A stretch of DNA of 64,000 nt from the IMG/VR virus record IMGVR_UViG_3300011008_000002. The stretch is one strand, 5' to 3'. Below are positions 1-9,345 of the stretch, piece after piece. Source of the stretch: a virus. Its lineage: Duplodnaviria; Caudoviricetes. How positions within the stretch are numbered: position 1 is the first letter of the stretch; the number at the start of each line of letters is the position of its first letter. Made by a program: the position numbers and the translations under genes. The notes beneath the pieces are model-generated. The model made no database searches, had not been told where the DNA came from, and was given only the letters and a program-made list of their open reading frames with translations.

Positions 1-656
1 ATATACTCCAACGCATTTCTGAAGAACATACCGTTGTATATCGCTGTACGACCACCACTTGTCAGTCCATTGATAACATCTTGAGCCTCTTTTTCAGAAG
101 TAAACTTCATCAACGAGTCAATGATGACCACTGTCGGTACATAGTATTTGTATTCATTTCCCCATATATCATATTGACCCGTATTATAAAGGAACCTATC
201 TCCGCCAGCTTTCTTTTGTTCGCTAACCTCTATAATCTCTGCAAGAACATTTTCCCAAGTGGAGTTTTCCCTCTCGATGTTGTAACAATCTGCAATTTTC
301 TGCTCGCTCCAACCAGTAAGTACCTTAACACGGTCATATGATGTACTCTTTTCACCATCTCTATGGATAACATAAGCTAAATCTCCAAATGGCTCTACTA
401 TATTTGCAGCTGCTTGTATAGCCGCTGATGTTTTACCACTGGATGTCTGTCCACAAAATATTGTGAAAGTACCTGCTGGTACTCCTTTATGAACGTCTCT
501 ATAAATTGTACCATCAGGTAATTTACGAATATAAACCGCTCCTAGTTTTTCATCTAGGAGTGGAAATCCTAATGGATACGATATAGAGACTATATTACTT
601 GTAAACAAGCCTTTCTTTTCATTAGCAACTTTTATATCGTGCAATGCACTTGCCAT
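1..656 (-). CDS. RecA/UvsX-like recombinase (5' part; runs off window)
   Basis: Manual translation from ATG 656 (SD AAGGAGGTG): Walker A GQTSSGKT, Walker B TVVIIDS; frame open to position 1. Not in the ORF track. Confidence 0.85.
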   Translation of the reverse strand, partial: MASALHDIKVANEKKGLFTSNIVSISYPLGFPLLDEKLGAVYIRKLPDGTIYRDVHKGVPAGTFTIFCGQTSSGKTSAAIQAAANIVEPFGDLAYVIHRDGEKSTSYDRVKVLTGWSEQKIADCYNIERENSTWENVLAEIIEVSEQKKAGGDRFLYNTGQYDIWGNEYKYYVPTVVIIDSLMKFTSEKEAQDVINGLTSGGRTAIYNGMFFRNALEY

Positions 657-790
657 GATTTTGCACCTCCTTATTTAATTAAGAGTTTGTATCTGGCATT
701 TTCGTTCTTTAGAAATCGCAAAAAATAAAAGCTCAGGGAGAGGTATAAAGTTCATACCTCTCCCGTTCGCCTCACACGCCGATATTAATG

Positions 791-1681
791 TTATCTATTT
801 CCATTCTTGCGAAAGTTCTTATTGTTATTACTTCCGTTGTTCTGGAAGTTCTTGAACTTAGGGTTGCTCCCCTTGTTAAATTGCTTTTTGTTATTGCCAT
901 CGTAATTCTTTCCGGGCTTACCCATCATACGATCTGCGATATCTTTCGTATTGATCGGCGGATTATTATTTGCCCGTTTCCTTTCTTCAGCCTTCTTAGC
1001 CCTGATTTCTTCGGACTGCTTCAGATAATCATAGGCTTCCTGAATTTCAACGTCTTCTAACGTATTCTTGAAAATCTTTCCCTCTGTCCGTGTAGACAGT
1101 TTGGAAGCGGATATCACCGTACCATCCTGCTCAACGCACATGTAAACAGGGAACTTCAAGTTTGACCATATAGGCCATTTCACCAAAGAGCAGATGATTG
1201 TGTAATCACCCACCTTTCCGATTATAGGTCTTGTCGTCAAATTCCTCTCATCAATGAGCAACCTGGTATTATCCGACGTATCAGTAATGAAGATAATCAT
1301 ATCTCTCGGATACCTCTTCTGTCCCTTATCTTCTGGGTTAATTTCAGGCTGCGGGACTATATTGATGGGAAGAAGTTTGCCTTCATCCTCGTTCTGTTCT
1401 AATGCTACCTTCTGATCCTTTATAAAGTATGCAATCTCTGTAACCTTATCAGTGAACACATTGGCAGAAACCCTCGACTCGTCCTTTTCAGTAGAGTTCG
1501 TTACCTTACCAAGGTTCTCGATTGACTTCCTCAATGACAAGTTGAGGTTCGGTAAAACTGAGGAAAGAATATCAACCTCGGTTTCAGGAAACTCTAACAT
1601 CACCGCAGTATTGTCTCCATTCCTCTCTGTAACAATTTTGATTGTGTCTTCCTTTTTAGAAAGATTCTTGATGAATAACAT
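791..1681 (-). CDS. hypothetical protein with Asn/Lys-rich C-terminal tail
   Basis: 296-aa ORF, SD AGGAGG, AACA-N6-TA at 1728-1739, hairpin 736-764 downstream. Confidence 0.8.
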   Translation of the reverse strand: MLFIKNLSKKEDTIKIVTERNGDNTAVMLEFPETEVDILSSVLPNLNLSLRKSIENLGKVTNSTEKDESRVSANVFTDKVTEIAYFIKDQKVALEQNEDEGKLLPINIVPQPEINPEDKGQKRYPRDMIIFITDTSDNTRLLIDERNLTTRPIIGKVGDYTIICSLVKWPIWSNLKFPVYMCVEQDGTVISASKLSTRTEGKIFKNTLEDVEIQEAYDYLKQSEEIRAKKAEERKRANNNPPINTKDIADRMMGKPGKNYDGNNKKQFNKGSNPKFKNFQNNGSNNNKNFRKNGNR

Positions 1682-1800
1682 TTGTATTCCTCCTGTTGTT
1701 TGTATGTGTTATTTGCTGTCTGCAAATTATCTTTTTGTTACAGCCTTTATATAAAATAAATAGGGAGCCAATGTAGTATCAACTCCCTATTTACTAAGCT

Positions 1801-2025
1801 TTATAAGAAGTTCATGTCAACTGCTTCCCACAACGAAAACCCTGCTCTGAACTTACCCAACTGTTCAACTAGGTCTTCGTACGAATGGGAAAGTCTCACA
1901 GCCTCAGTCACGATTGATTTATCTTCATTACCATTGAACAGAAGTAACCTATATGGTTCATCACTGTTGGTATTGGAATGAATTATTGTGTAATGCTGTT
2001 CGTCATTGTACTCAACTACCTGCAT
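1801..2025 (-). CDS. hypothetical protein (74 aa)
   Basis: Start revised to ATG 2025 behind GGAGG; overlaps the upstream stop. Confidence 0.65.
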   Translation of the reverse strand: MQVVEYNDEQHYTIIHSNTNSDEPYRLLLFNGNEDKSIVTEAVRLSHSYEDLVEQLGKFRAGFSLWEAVDMNFL

Positions 2026-2179
2026 TTTCACCCTCCACAACAACGGCTCCGAATATTCTCTGAATCTCAAGGAACTCATCAAGGTTGATCAAGCAACCAA
2101 TTTTATGGTCAACAATAGATCTCAGTTCCTCATAAAAAGACTCATCAATATCTGCGTTGAATTTTACGGTTACTGTCAT
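2012..2179 (-). CDS. small hypothetical protein (55 aa, MTVTVKFNAD...)
   Basis: Manual translation; SD AAGGGGG directly after the stop of 2192..3370; fills the operon gap. Confidence 0.65.
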   Translation of the reverse strand: MTVTVKFNADIDESFYEELRSIVDHKIGCLINLDEFLEIQRIFGAVVVEGENAGS

Positions 2180-2191
2180 AATCAGTCCCCC

Positions 2192-3370
2192 TTATGCAAG
2201 ATAGCTCATGACTTCCTTATCATCCATCGCTGCCAGAAGTCCTTTGCGAACATTCTCATACTTACGTGCGTCTTCGCTATTGAACATCGTATTCGTCGTT
2301 CCCTTATCCTTACGATATCCTGCAACAAACTTAAACACATAAGCAATCCTGTCGATATCCAGAGCATCAAGCTTCATATAAAGCATCTTCTTGAATTCTT
2401 CATATACCGCTCTCTGAACATCACCCTCAAGTTCACTATCTTTCTTCGGTTCACTTGCGAGATACTTCCCGATGATTTTCACTCCAGTATTATTCTTACC
2501 GAAGAATTCATCATACAACATTCCTTGTACTTCCCAATTCAGAACGTCGATGTTATCCTCTGCATGAAGCAACATCTTGTCGAGGAACCTCGGGAAGAAC
2601 GCATCAATGTTTGCCGAATTCCACTCACTACCAATCATCGGAATTGCAATCGTAAGGTCAAGAATCAAATCCCTTGTTACACCAGTTGCAATTGCGATTT
2701 GAGTAATCTCCGAACTCCACATCCTCGGAAGAATTTCAGTCGCATACAACCTAATAACATCATTGTGCATTCTGTCATAGTTGGTTTCAAGTGCAACTGA
2801 CAACAGGAAACCAATAGACCTCCAAATCTTATCATACGTTCCATCATCGTCAGCCCAAATCTGACTCTCCAAGACCTTCTTCAGTATCTTAGCAAAATGA
2901 TTGGTCGTTGCTATCTTTACGAGCTTATTCGCAGCATCAACATAAGCCGGTGTTACCTTTTGGCTATAATAGCTACGAATGTGACGAACCGCCTCAGGAA
3001 ACTCATCAATCATAATATCTTGAAGCTTCCTGTAGTCATCAATGTTATCCTCAAAGAGTTGGCAGAACTTCAAGATATCTTCAGCACGATTATCCTTCCT
3101 AGTATCCTGGAATTCATCATTACCATCGCTCTCTACCGCATCCATCCCATCCCTCAGATAGCTTGAAGCCGAATAGCTGTAGTTCAATGCTCCATAAGAA
3201 TGGGAGTCATTCCTGTTGTTACGGTTGTCCCTGTTATCACGGTTCCTATTATTAAAACCGCCGTTGTTGTTGCGATTGTTGTTCCTATCTCTACGGTTGT
3301 TATTATTACCACCGTTGTTCGTAGTCAACCTTTCATTCGCAAGAGTTGCGTGTCCGTTCATGATACTCAT
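2192..3370 (-). CDS. hypothetical helical protein with N/R/D-rich low-complexity N-terminus
   Basis: 392-aa ORF, SD AAGGAGG. Confidence 0.85.
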   Translation of the reverse strand: MSIMNGHATLANERLTTNNGGNNNNRRDRNNNRNNNGGFNNRNRDNRDNRNNRNDSHSYGALNYSYSASSYLRDGMDAVESDGNDEFQDTRKDNRAEDILKFCQLFEDNIDDYRKLQDIMIDEFPEAVRHIRSYYSQKVTPAYVDAANKLVKIATTNHFAKILKKVLESQIWADDDGTYDKIWRSIGFLLSVALETNYDRMHNDVIRLYATEILPRMWSSEITQIAIATGVTRDLILDLTIAIPMIGSEWNSANIDAFFPRFLDKMLLHAEDNIDVLNWEVQGMLYDEFFGKNNTGVKIIGKYLASEPKKDSELEGDVQRAVYEEFKKMLYMKLDALDIDRIAYVFKFVAGYRKDKGTTNTMFNSEDARKYENVRKGLLAAMDDKEVMSYLA

Positions 3371-3483
3371 AATAGTACCCTCCTTTTGAGTTGTATGATG
3401 TTTACGATTATATAGATAGACGAGGTAAGTTTTTTACCTCGTCTAAGTATATACGAATGTTAAATATAGTTCTGAGAAGTGGA

Positions 3484-4743
3484 TTACTTTCCTTTCTTCT
3501 CCATGAACTCCTTAAGGAGTTCTTCCTTGCTCTTTGCCCCACCCTGTCCGGTGACTTTCACAATCTTAGACTCCTCAGCAAACGACTGCTTCGCTGTCAC
3601 GTTCTGAAGCCTCGATGTGGTATCAAGCCTACTGAGTTTCGATTTCGCTGCCTTCCTTCCAAGAATGGAATCTTCCAGTTTCTGAGCCTGAGCGATAATC
3701 CTATCTATAACCATAGCAGGTTCAGTCAAACCAGAAAGCACGATTGCGATGGTTCCATCATCTTCATCAGACAGATTGGAAACATCCTTGATATGAGCAC
3801 CAAACGTATTCTGGATATCCGTTTTCACATCACCCTTGATATCATTGAATTCATCACCCAATGCATACATCAAAGCAGATGCAACGATTTCCCTGTCAGA
3901 TACCAGTTCTGCGTGTGCTGATTCCTCATCAATATTTGCTTTTACAGTCTTGATGATAGAATTGTCTGCAATATCGGAAATCTCCAACCCAGACATACTG
4001 TGTACGAAAATCCTTCCCGGAACAGACAAAACAGTCAACATATCACGCTGGTCAATACCACCTGTCCTTGTAGGAGCAATGTAATCACCCTGAAGTACCC
4101 TGAGATCCTCAACAAATGCATTGTCAAGAAGTTCAGCAGCCTTATTCGGAGTGATCTTACCACCATTTACTGTTGTCTTCCCAACGTAACGATTGTTATC
4201 ATAAATCATATACGTAGGGTTCAGTTCGCCGACTTCACGCAGCCAGTTCTTGGTACCTTCAAATGCAGCAGTTCCTTCATCACTAAACGGAAGAACACCT
4301 GCAATGATAAGTACCTTGGTCGGATATATTTTCTGAAGCAACTCCAACAACTCAGTCGACGACCCAGACCCATATCCGCCACCAGTACTGGTAGCAATCA
4401 CAATCACATCGTTCCCTTCAATTACCTTCTGGAATTTGCTATCCAAAGCCAGTCCAGAATCAGAAAGGAAAAACTGTTTAGCCTTCTCTCTGTCCTTACC
4501 AGTGCCCTTTCCATCGCCGACAGAGAATTTGATAATCTTAGGGCAGGATATCAAGTCAAGATCCTTCTGGGAACCATTAATGGCAATCCCATCTAAACCC
4601 AACGCGTTACAAGCCATGTCAGCCATAACGCAACCGCAGTTACCTGTACCAATTACTGCAATTTTCAGTAGCTTTTCCTCCTCGATAGGAGCCTGTACAT
4701 TTGTCTCTACAGGTGTGGTTTCAACTCTCTTCTCTTCAGACAT
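3484..4743 (-). CDS. FtsZ/tubulin-family GTPase (PhuZ/TubZ-like)
   Basis: IAVIGTGNCG N-terminal loop, GKGTGKD, tubulin signature GGGYGSG, T7-loop-like IDQRD; SD AAGGAGG. Confidence 0.9.
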   Translation of the reverse strand: MSEEKRVETTPVETNVQAPIEEEKLLKIAVIGTGNCGCVMADMACNALGLDGIAINGSQKDLDLISCPKIIKFSVGDGKGTGKDREKAKQFFLSDSGLALDSKFQKVIEGNDVIVIATSTGGGYGSGSSTELLELLQKIYPTKVLIIAGVLPFSDEGTAAFEGTKNWLREVGELNPTYMIYDNNRYVGKTTVNGGKITPNKAAELLDNAFVEDLRVLQGDYIAPTRTGGIDQRDMLTVLSVPGRIFVHSMSGLEISDIADNSIIKTVKANIDEESAHAELVSDREIVASALMYALGDEFNDIKGDVKTDIQNTFGAHIKDVSNLSDEDDGTIAIVLSGLTEPAMVIDRIIAQAQKLEDSILGRKAAKSKLSRLDTTSRLQNVTAKQSFAEESKIVKVTGQGGAKSKEELLKEFMEKKGK

Positions 4744-4749
4744 ACTCTT

Positions 4750-5056
4750 TTACCTCCTTATGATTTTTCTGTAAGTATGTTTGTTTTTGGTTTATTCAAC
4801 CAATGACTCATAACTGGGGTTGCACCAGTTGTTCACACAACTTATATCGGTGTGAACAGTTTCTACCTCTTATGAGCATATTAGATATCTCTGTATATCA
4901 AAAGTATTACCAGAGGAGAAGAACTCTCCTCTGGTTTTGTACGGGTGAAATACTCCCTATACGTGATGACTAACTGTCGCCGTACATTAATTACCGTAAA
5001 CATACATACATACATACAGAAGAAGGTAATTTGTCATCACAGGTTTCTATCACGAC
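4750..5056 (-). promoter_or_regulatory. long structured 5' leader (or ncRNA) upstream of the tubulin gene
   Basis: TATATTAAA motif 5057-5066; stems GTGATGAC/GTCATCAC, AATTACC/GGTAATT around (TGTA)4, ACCAGAGGAGA/TCTCCTCTGGT, TGTTCACAC/GTGTGAACA. Confidence 0.55.
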
Positions 5057-5124
5057 TTTAATATAGTTATAAAAAATGAAATAAGGATGCGGTTGTAGTT
5101 CTTGCCGCATCCCATTTTGTTTCA

Positions 5125-5310
5125 TCAACCGTTCGGCTTATCATCCTGCTCTTCTCTGGTGTATCCTACCATAGTCGGTCCGACATTGGCAGCCGGTATG
5201 GACTCAATTCCCGCAACTTCCATCGTTGCCGCAAGCCCCGGTAATACTCCACTGGTTGGAGCCTGATTATCCTCTGAGATTGGTGAAACGTTAATTCCTA
5301 CAACTGACAC
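5125..5310 (-). CDS. small hypothetical protein
   Basis: GTG start with SD AAGGAGG; hairpin 5085-5112 downstream. Confidence 0.6.
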   Translation of the reverse strand: MSVVGINVSPISEDNQAPTSGVLPGLAATMEVAGIESIPAANVGPTMVGYTREEQDDKPNG

Positions 5311-5349
5311 AGTATTGTCCTCCTTATATGATTTTACTTGAATGTATTA

Positions 5350-5883
5350 TCACGCTTCATTTTTCATAATGTTTTCCAATCCTTTATCCTTGAGTTCTTT
5401 CTCAATCTCTTCTGTGATTTTCTTTAGAGCCATCTGTTTTCCGACCCCATCATCGACGAATGGAATTTCACCACGCTTGAACACTCTCGGATTTTTCTTT
5501 TCTTCCCGAAGGCGATCAATTTCGGATTTAGCACTTCTATCATATACGATAAAGCAATCAATCTTGGTAGCTTTCGTACTGGGGTCAATTGACACACAGA
5601 TATTGTCAATAACCCCTTGATAATGAATAGCCAGTTTCATTAGGCTAATGATGCCAATATCTCCAACAATATCGCCGTTCTTTTCTTTCTTAATATTGGT
5701 TATATACCCGATTATATTCGTATCATCCACGATTGTAGGAGTTCCGGGTTTGTGAAGATACTGGTATATAACAGGTATTCTACCTTTCTTCATTCCCGCC
5801 GCATCTTCCAATGCTTTGACAATTGCAAGGTTCATTGATTTTAATTGTCGATTTGTTCGGATAACTACTTCATCCATATTCAA
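5350..5883 (-). CDS. hypothetical protein
   Basis: 177-aa ORF coupled to the upstream stop. Confidence 0.75.
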   Translation of the reverse strand: MNMDEVVIRTNRQLKSMNLAIVKALEDAAGMKKGRIPVIYQYLHKPGTPTIVDDTNIIGYITNIKKEKNGDIVGDIGIISLMKLAIHYQGVIDNICVSIDPSTKATKIDCFIVYDRSAKSEIDRLREEKKNPRVFKRGEIPFVDDGVGKQMALKKITEEIEKELKDKGLENIMKNEA

Positions 5884-6626
5884 CTCTTGCCTCCCTTCTT
5901 GACAGTAGAAATCAAAAGGTCATTTGGAGTAATCAAATCAGTACTTAATCCTGCTGTCATATAATATGTATCAACTGTCTCAAGAGCTAATCTATCTTCA
6001 ATTCCTGCTTGTTCTTCAATTTCTTCCAGAGAACAACTACCAGTTCTTGCTATTTGAGCATATGCAAAGTTCTTTCTCTGTAATCCATCAGCACGGAAAC
6101 CGTTCATTTCTCTTAGAGTATTTGTAGCACCAATAACTCTCAGAGCGATATTCTCTTGGTCAGATGAACGACCATTCTTATCGTGACCAACAACCTGTCC
6201 TGTTGTTGCTGAACGTTCGCTAATATGGGTTGAGGTTGTATTCTTCTTAGAGTTGGTTTGCTCCATTCTCTTCTCGATATGATATCCCACGATACATTTT
6301 TCTTTTGTTACCATAGGCTCTTCCTGACTTTTTGTTACATGAGGGAGAATGACGTATTCCTCTAATGGGATATTTAGAACCTTAGCAGCATCTTCAATCT
6401 GCTCAATCGTAAGCTCACGTTCAAATTCTTTAATCTCTAGTGTAAAGTCAATGTTATCGTCATCGAACATACATCTCATAAAGTTCTCAAACTTTGTATC
6501 TGACATAGTAGAAAACAGTTTCTTGTAACGGTTGGTATTAGTTCCAGACGGATCCAGTTTATCCATTACCTTATATACTAAGTCTTCTGCCTTCTTTCGG
6601 TTCTTTATATTTATCTTGTAATTCAT
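5880..6626 (-). CDS. RNA polymerase beta subunit, C-terminal fragment
   Basis: VGYHIEKRMEQ...RSATTGQV...GRSSDQE matches the RpoB C-terminal pattern GYMYMLKL.H...YSL.TQQP...GQRFGEME. Confidence 0.7.
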   Translation of the reverse strand: MNYKINIKNRKKAEDLVYKVMDKLDPSGTNTNRYKKLFSTMSDTKFENFMRCMFDDDNIDFTLEIKEFERELTIEQIEDAAKVLNIPLEEYVILPHVTKSQEEPMVTKEKCIVGYHIEKRMEQTNSKKNTTSTHISERSATTGQVVGHDKNGRSSDQENIALRVIGATNTLREMNGFRADGLQRKNFAYAQIARTGSCSLEEIEEQAGIEDRLALETVDTYYMTAGLSTDLITPNDLLISTVKKGGKS

Positions 6627-6642
6627 ATATAAAACCTCCTCA

Positions 6643-6936
6643 TCAAGTCTTTATACCCTTGTGCCGAGGGTGATAAAATAGATACTTATGCTTGATAAGA
6701 GATTTCTCATGACTACCTATTGTAAAACTACGAGATGTTATAGTTTCATTATGTAGCTCGGATAAATAGATAATAGTAGTCCTATCATCAATATCCTCAT
6801 AGTAAATGTCTATTGTATTATCATCACTATAATACCATCTTATCATTTCATCCCAATCTAATAAAAAATTATTTCGACTTAAGTCTAAGTCGAAGTGGGA
6901 TGGTCGATTGACCACCCCGACTTCTTTAATCATCAT
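6643..6936 (-). CDS. hypothetical protein
   Basis: 97-aa ORF, SD AAAGGA. Confidence 0.6.
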   Translation of the reverse strand: MMIKEVGVVNRPSHFDLDLSRNNFLLDWDEMIRWYYSDDNTIDIYYEDIDDRTTIIYLSELHNETITSRSFTIGSHEKSLIKHKYLFYHPRHKGIKT

Positions 6937-6950
6937 AAGAATATCCTTTC

Positions 6951-7571
6951 TTACCTGCGATGCTTCCTCTTTTTCTTCCGCTTAAATACTACATCGTTAA
7001 ATTCAGTATCAGCCGTTAAATTCTTTGCAATCTCCCTGGTTTTAGGGGATAATTGACTAAGTGCTTCATTTGCGGAAATTTCTTTCGGCTCTTCTTCCTC
7101 AGGGGTATTAGCATCATCAGGTACTCCAACTTCGTATTCTATACCATCAGATGTATCAAGTTCAACCGTAAGTAAAGGCTTTGAATTTGCAACAATAATC
7201 AGGTTGTCTGATTCATCGTTACTTGCATAGAAATTAGAACCATCGTTGGAACTCCCCTTCTTCTCATATCTACCATTATAAGTAACTATGGCTTTGAAAC
7301 GATACGAGATGTTCCTTATTTGACCACGCATAGACTTAGATAATCCACCGACACCGTTTGTGTCAAAAATGAAAACAGATGTCATCTGCCAAGGATAGTA
7401 GATATCGCACATGTTATCTGTTTTCAAGGTATTGCTTCCAAACTTGGAAAACTCTGCTTTTAATGATTCATGGTCGCTTTGTGACGTTTGACGAAGAATT
7501 ACGATAAGACCAAATTCATCGGTCTTAATCTTCACCCCTTCGCTTTTTGTTTGACTAATGCTAAGTTGCAT
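6951..7571 (-). CDS. hypothetical protein with basic C-terminus (KRKKKRKHRR)
   Basis: 206-aa ORF, SD AAAGGAG, TATATTAAA at 7613-7622. Confidence 0.8.
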   Translation of the reverse strand: MQLSISQTKSEGVKIKTDEFGLIVILRQTSQSDHESLKAEFSKFGSNTLKTDNMCDIYYPWQMTSVFIFDTNGVGGLSKSMRGQIRNISYRFKAIVTYNGRYEKKGSSNDGSNFYASNDESDNLIIVANSKPLLTVELDTSDGIEYEVGVPDDANTPEEEEPKEISANEALSQLSPKTREIAKNLTADTEFNDVVFKRKKKRKHRR

Positions 7572-7636
7572 ATGAAACTCCTTTCTCTGTAAGTTTGTAT
7601 GTTGTACGTCTATTTAATATAGTCTCAAATATAAAA

Positions 7637-7675
7637 TTGACATAGGTGGATTAACGGACCTCCACCTATGTCAAT
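7637..7675 (-). terminator. intrinsic terminator-like hairpin
   Basis: ATTGACATAGGTGGA/TCCACCTATGTCAAT, T-rich downstream on - strand. Confidence 0.7.
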
Positions 7676-7680
7676 GGTCT

Positions 7681-8898
7681 TTAGTTTGCTAATTTCTCTA
7701 TTGTAAATACAAAGAAAACAAACATCGCTTTACGATAATTCCCAAGAGAACCAACAGTACTAACTTTAGACCTCATATCCAGCTCTTCCATCCACTTATC
7801 GAGGATTGCTTTAATCTCGATAATATTTTTATTTGTTGTATTGGATTGTCTATAAATCTGGATACAATGAACGTAGAACTTATTGGTTCCAGCATCACGC
7901 AACGATGCATGGGAATCCGGATTATCGTTTAAGTACAAATAGAGCAGACGTTCGATAATCTGTCTTATGTCTTCTCTGTTGTTTTCCGATACCAAAGCAA
8001 GAATACAAGTCTGCAATACATTGACAGATACTGCACTATTCTTTGCTGCAAGCTCTATGAGCTTTCTATCGGGACCATTTACAACAAGGTTGGTTAATAC
8101 CTTATTTGTAATACGATCAACTGCAAAACTATCGCTATCTGCTTCGTAATAGTGCTCATCTGAGAAATCTTCTTTTTCACTTTGAAGATAATTCTGCTCT
8201 TTGTAGTTCTTTTCAAACTCTCCCCTAAGTTTTCTCATAAAGCTATTGATACGAGAAGTAGCATCATTAATAAACTTCACAAAATCAAGGTCGCCACCCT
8301 TAGCAATTCTACTCTTATGAGTATTATAACAGGTGGTTGTAATCTCTGTAATAGCAGCAAGAATAGTTCCTGATTTCTTTAACTTAAACCTATTGGAGAG
8401 ATTAGCTATTGTATAAGCCATAATAGCTTCATTTGGTGGATACTTATAATACTTCGTAAAGTGATATTGATAAATATTGGTTGTAAGGTAAAGAATACTG
8501 TAATTCAGATAATCATTGTTATTTGCCTTAGCAAAGTACCGCATAGACAATACAATACCAATATTATACGGAGTATTGAAATTTGACCACTTTGGGTCAT
8601 TACCCACTATTCTTGAAAGTGATGCGTGTATTTGTTCTTCTGTAAGACCACAACTTGCCAAGAACTGAGTAACCTCAGAAGGAGAACGGTTAGGTCTTGT
8701 TGAAGGACCAATGCTAGAATAACAAGCAATATTATTTGCCATATATTTATCGAGGATATCTTTGTACTGTTTTAAGTTAAATTTATCCTCTAGTGATTTT
8801 TCCACAATCGGATATAACTCTTTACGAAGAACTGCTGAGTCAGCACTAACTGATTCTAGTAAAGCAGTGTCTTCGTCTATAGGAAATGGATAATCCAT
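7681..8898 (-). CDS. hypothetical helical protein
   Basis: Start revised to ATG 8898 (MDYPF) behind AAAGGAGG; AACA-N6-TA at 8922-8933. Confidence 0.8.
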   Translation of the reverse strand: MDYPFPIDEDTALLESVSADSAVLRKELYPIVEKSLEDKFNLKQYKDILDKYMANNIACYSSIGPSTRPNRSPSEVTQFLASCGLTEEQIHASLSRIVGNDPKWSNFNTPYNIGIVLSMRYFAKANNNDYLNYSILYLTTNIYQYHFTKYYKYPPNEAIMAYTIANLSNRFKLKKSGTILAAITEITTTCYNTHKSRIAKGGDLDFVKFINDATSRINSFMRKLRGEFEKNYKEQNYLQSEKEDFSDEHYYEADSDSFAVDRITNKVLTNLVVNGPDRKLIELAAKNSAVSVNVLQTCILALVSENNREDIRQIIERLLYLYLNDNPDSHASLRDAGTNKFYVHCIQIYRQSNTTNKNIIEIKAILDKWMEELDMRSKVSTVGSLGNYRKAMFVFFVFTIEKLAN

Positions 8899-8964
8899 TG
8901 TATATTCCTCCTTTCTAGTATTATACCCTTGTTCAAAACACAAAAAATGATGGATTTTATAAAT

Positions 8965-9345
8965 TAAATATTCCTATACAAAAAAAGTAATGGGAGGTTC
9001 AACTGATGGCACAGTATTCCCTCCCGAGTTGTCAACTAATTAGCTGATATCGACAGCAGTAGGCGTATATTTGATTTGATCATAATAAGGTACGCCTACT
9101 GCCCATGTTGTCTGCCTAGAATCAGCTTTAACAAACAGCTGTTTCCCAATGGCTTCCAACTTGGGTGATAGGTGATGAACTGGTTTCCCGTATGTACTTA
9201 TACGGGAAGCCAAGTTCATCTCTAGTCCTCATATCGAGTTCCATATCTAATTACCTCCTTTCATAAAGTATAAATAGAAAGTATTATACTTTCTATTTAT
9301 CTAAGTATTTAATATAGTTACAAAAAGTCTATGAACCTGAATTTT
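8965..9345 (-). repeat. MELD element copy 1 (promoter, palindrome, frameshifted peptide gene, terminator)
   Basis: Homologous to 22715-23031; ATG 9244 with SD AAAGGAGG; conserved C-terminal peptide lies in the +1 frame ending at 9040. Confidence 0.8.

Noticed and set aside
2006-4774. Long + strand ORFs (2006..2800, 3391..3921, 4000..4596 etc.)
   Set aside because: Antisense shadows of well-supported - strand genes; no SD, atypical composition
4990-5020. tubC-like centromere iterons
   Set aside because: Only four 4-nt repeats, and no recognisable TubR nearby
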